Shown here in pieces: positions 63,757 through 64,000 of a DNA stretch of 64,000 nt. Position 1 is the stretch's first letter. Each line of letters opens with the position of its first letter. A program made the position numbers and the translations under genes. The notes under the pieces are model-generated. The model was given only the letters and a program-made list of their open reading frames with translations, was not told the origin of the DNA and searched no databases. The DNA comes from Sphagnum compactum (lineage: Eukaryota): the NCBI GenBank assembly GCA_965153455.1, contig OZ234493.1:34958213-35022212 (forward strand), read 5' to 3'.

Positions 63757-64000
63757 GTGATAAACTCTTGTTGCTTTCCCACCAAAATAAATCTCTTCCC
63801 CTATTTGTCCATCTCTTCTTTTTTAACAACCAGAGAGGGAGAGTTTGTTGTATAGTTTTGCACACACATGTTGAGGGGATGAAAATTTTTCTTGGTTTGC
63901 AGAAAGACACTGGTACCAAGACAAGAAATACTTACAATCCAAGTGCAGCCTGGATGGTCAAAAGGCACGAAAGTTACCTTTCCTGAAATGGGGAATCCAC

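Overview
Eukaryotic, intron-rich plant nuclear DNA. It is probably from a bryophyte, and the repeat and microsatellite style suggests Sphagnum-like, but that is inference. I reconstructed nine protein-coding loci by hand from splice signals: the last exon of a nepenthesin-like aspartic protease; a GH32 acid invertase with the 9-nt DPN micro-exon; a small CaaX-terminated plant protein; a chloroplast type-I DnaJ; a 17-exon UDP-sugar-pyrophosphorylase (USP)-like gene; OSTC/DC2; a phytolongin-like longin protein; a two-domain fasciclin-like AGP; and the 5' part of a type-II DnaJ. Intergenic DNA holds a plastid rpoC2 insertion (NUPT) inside a telomere-motif tandem repeat, several MITE-like elements (two forming a ~585-bp palindrome), a mini-Mutator-like element carrying a zinc knuckle, and many local tandem repeats. 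The most interesting signals are the USP paralogue with an intact frame but altered active-site motifs, the longin with a half-decayed SNARE helix, the invertase with mixed vacuolar/cell-wall signatures, and a candidate 25-nt cassette exon that would remove a prenylation motif. All identifications come from motif recognition, not database searches.
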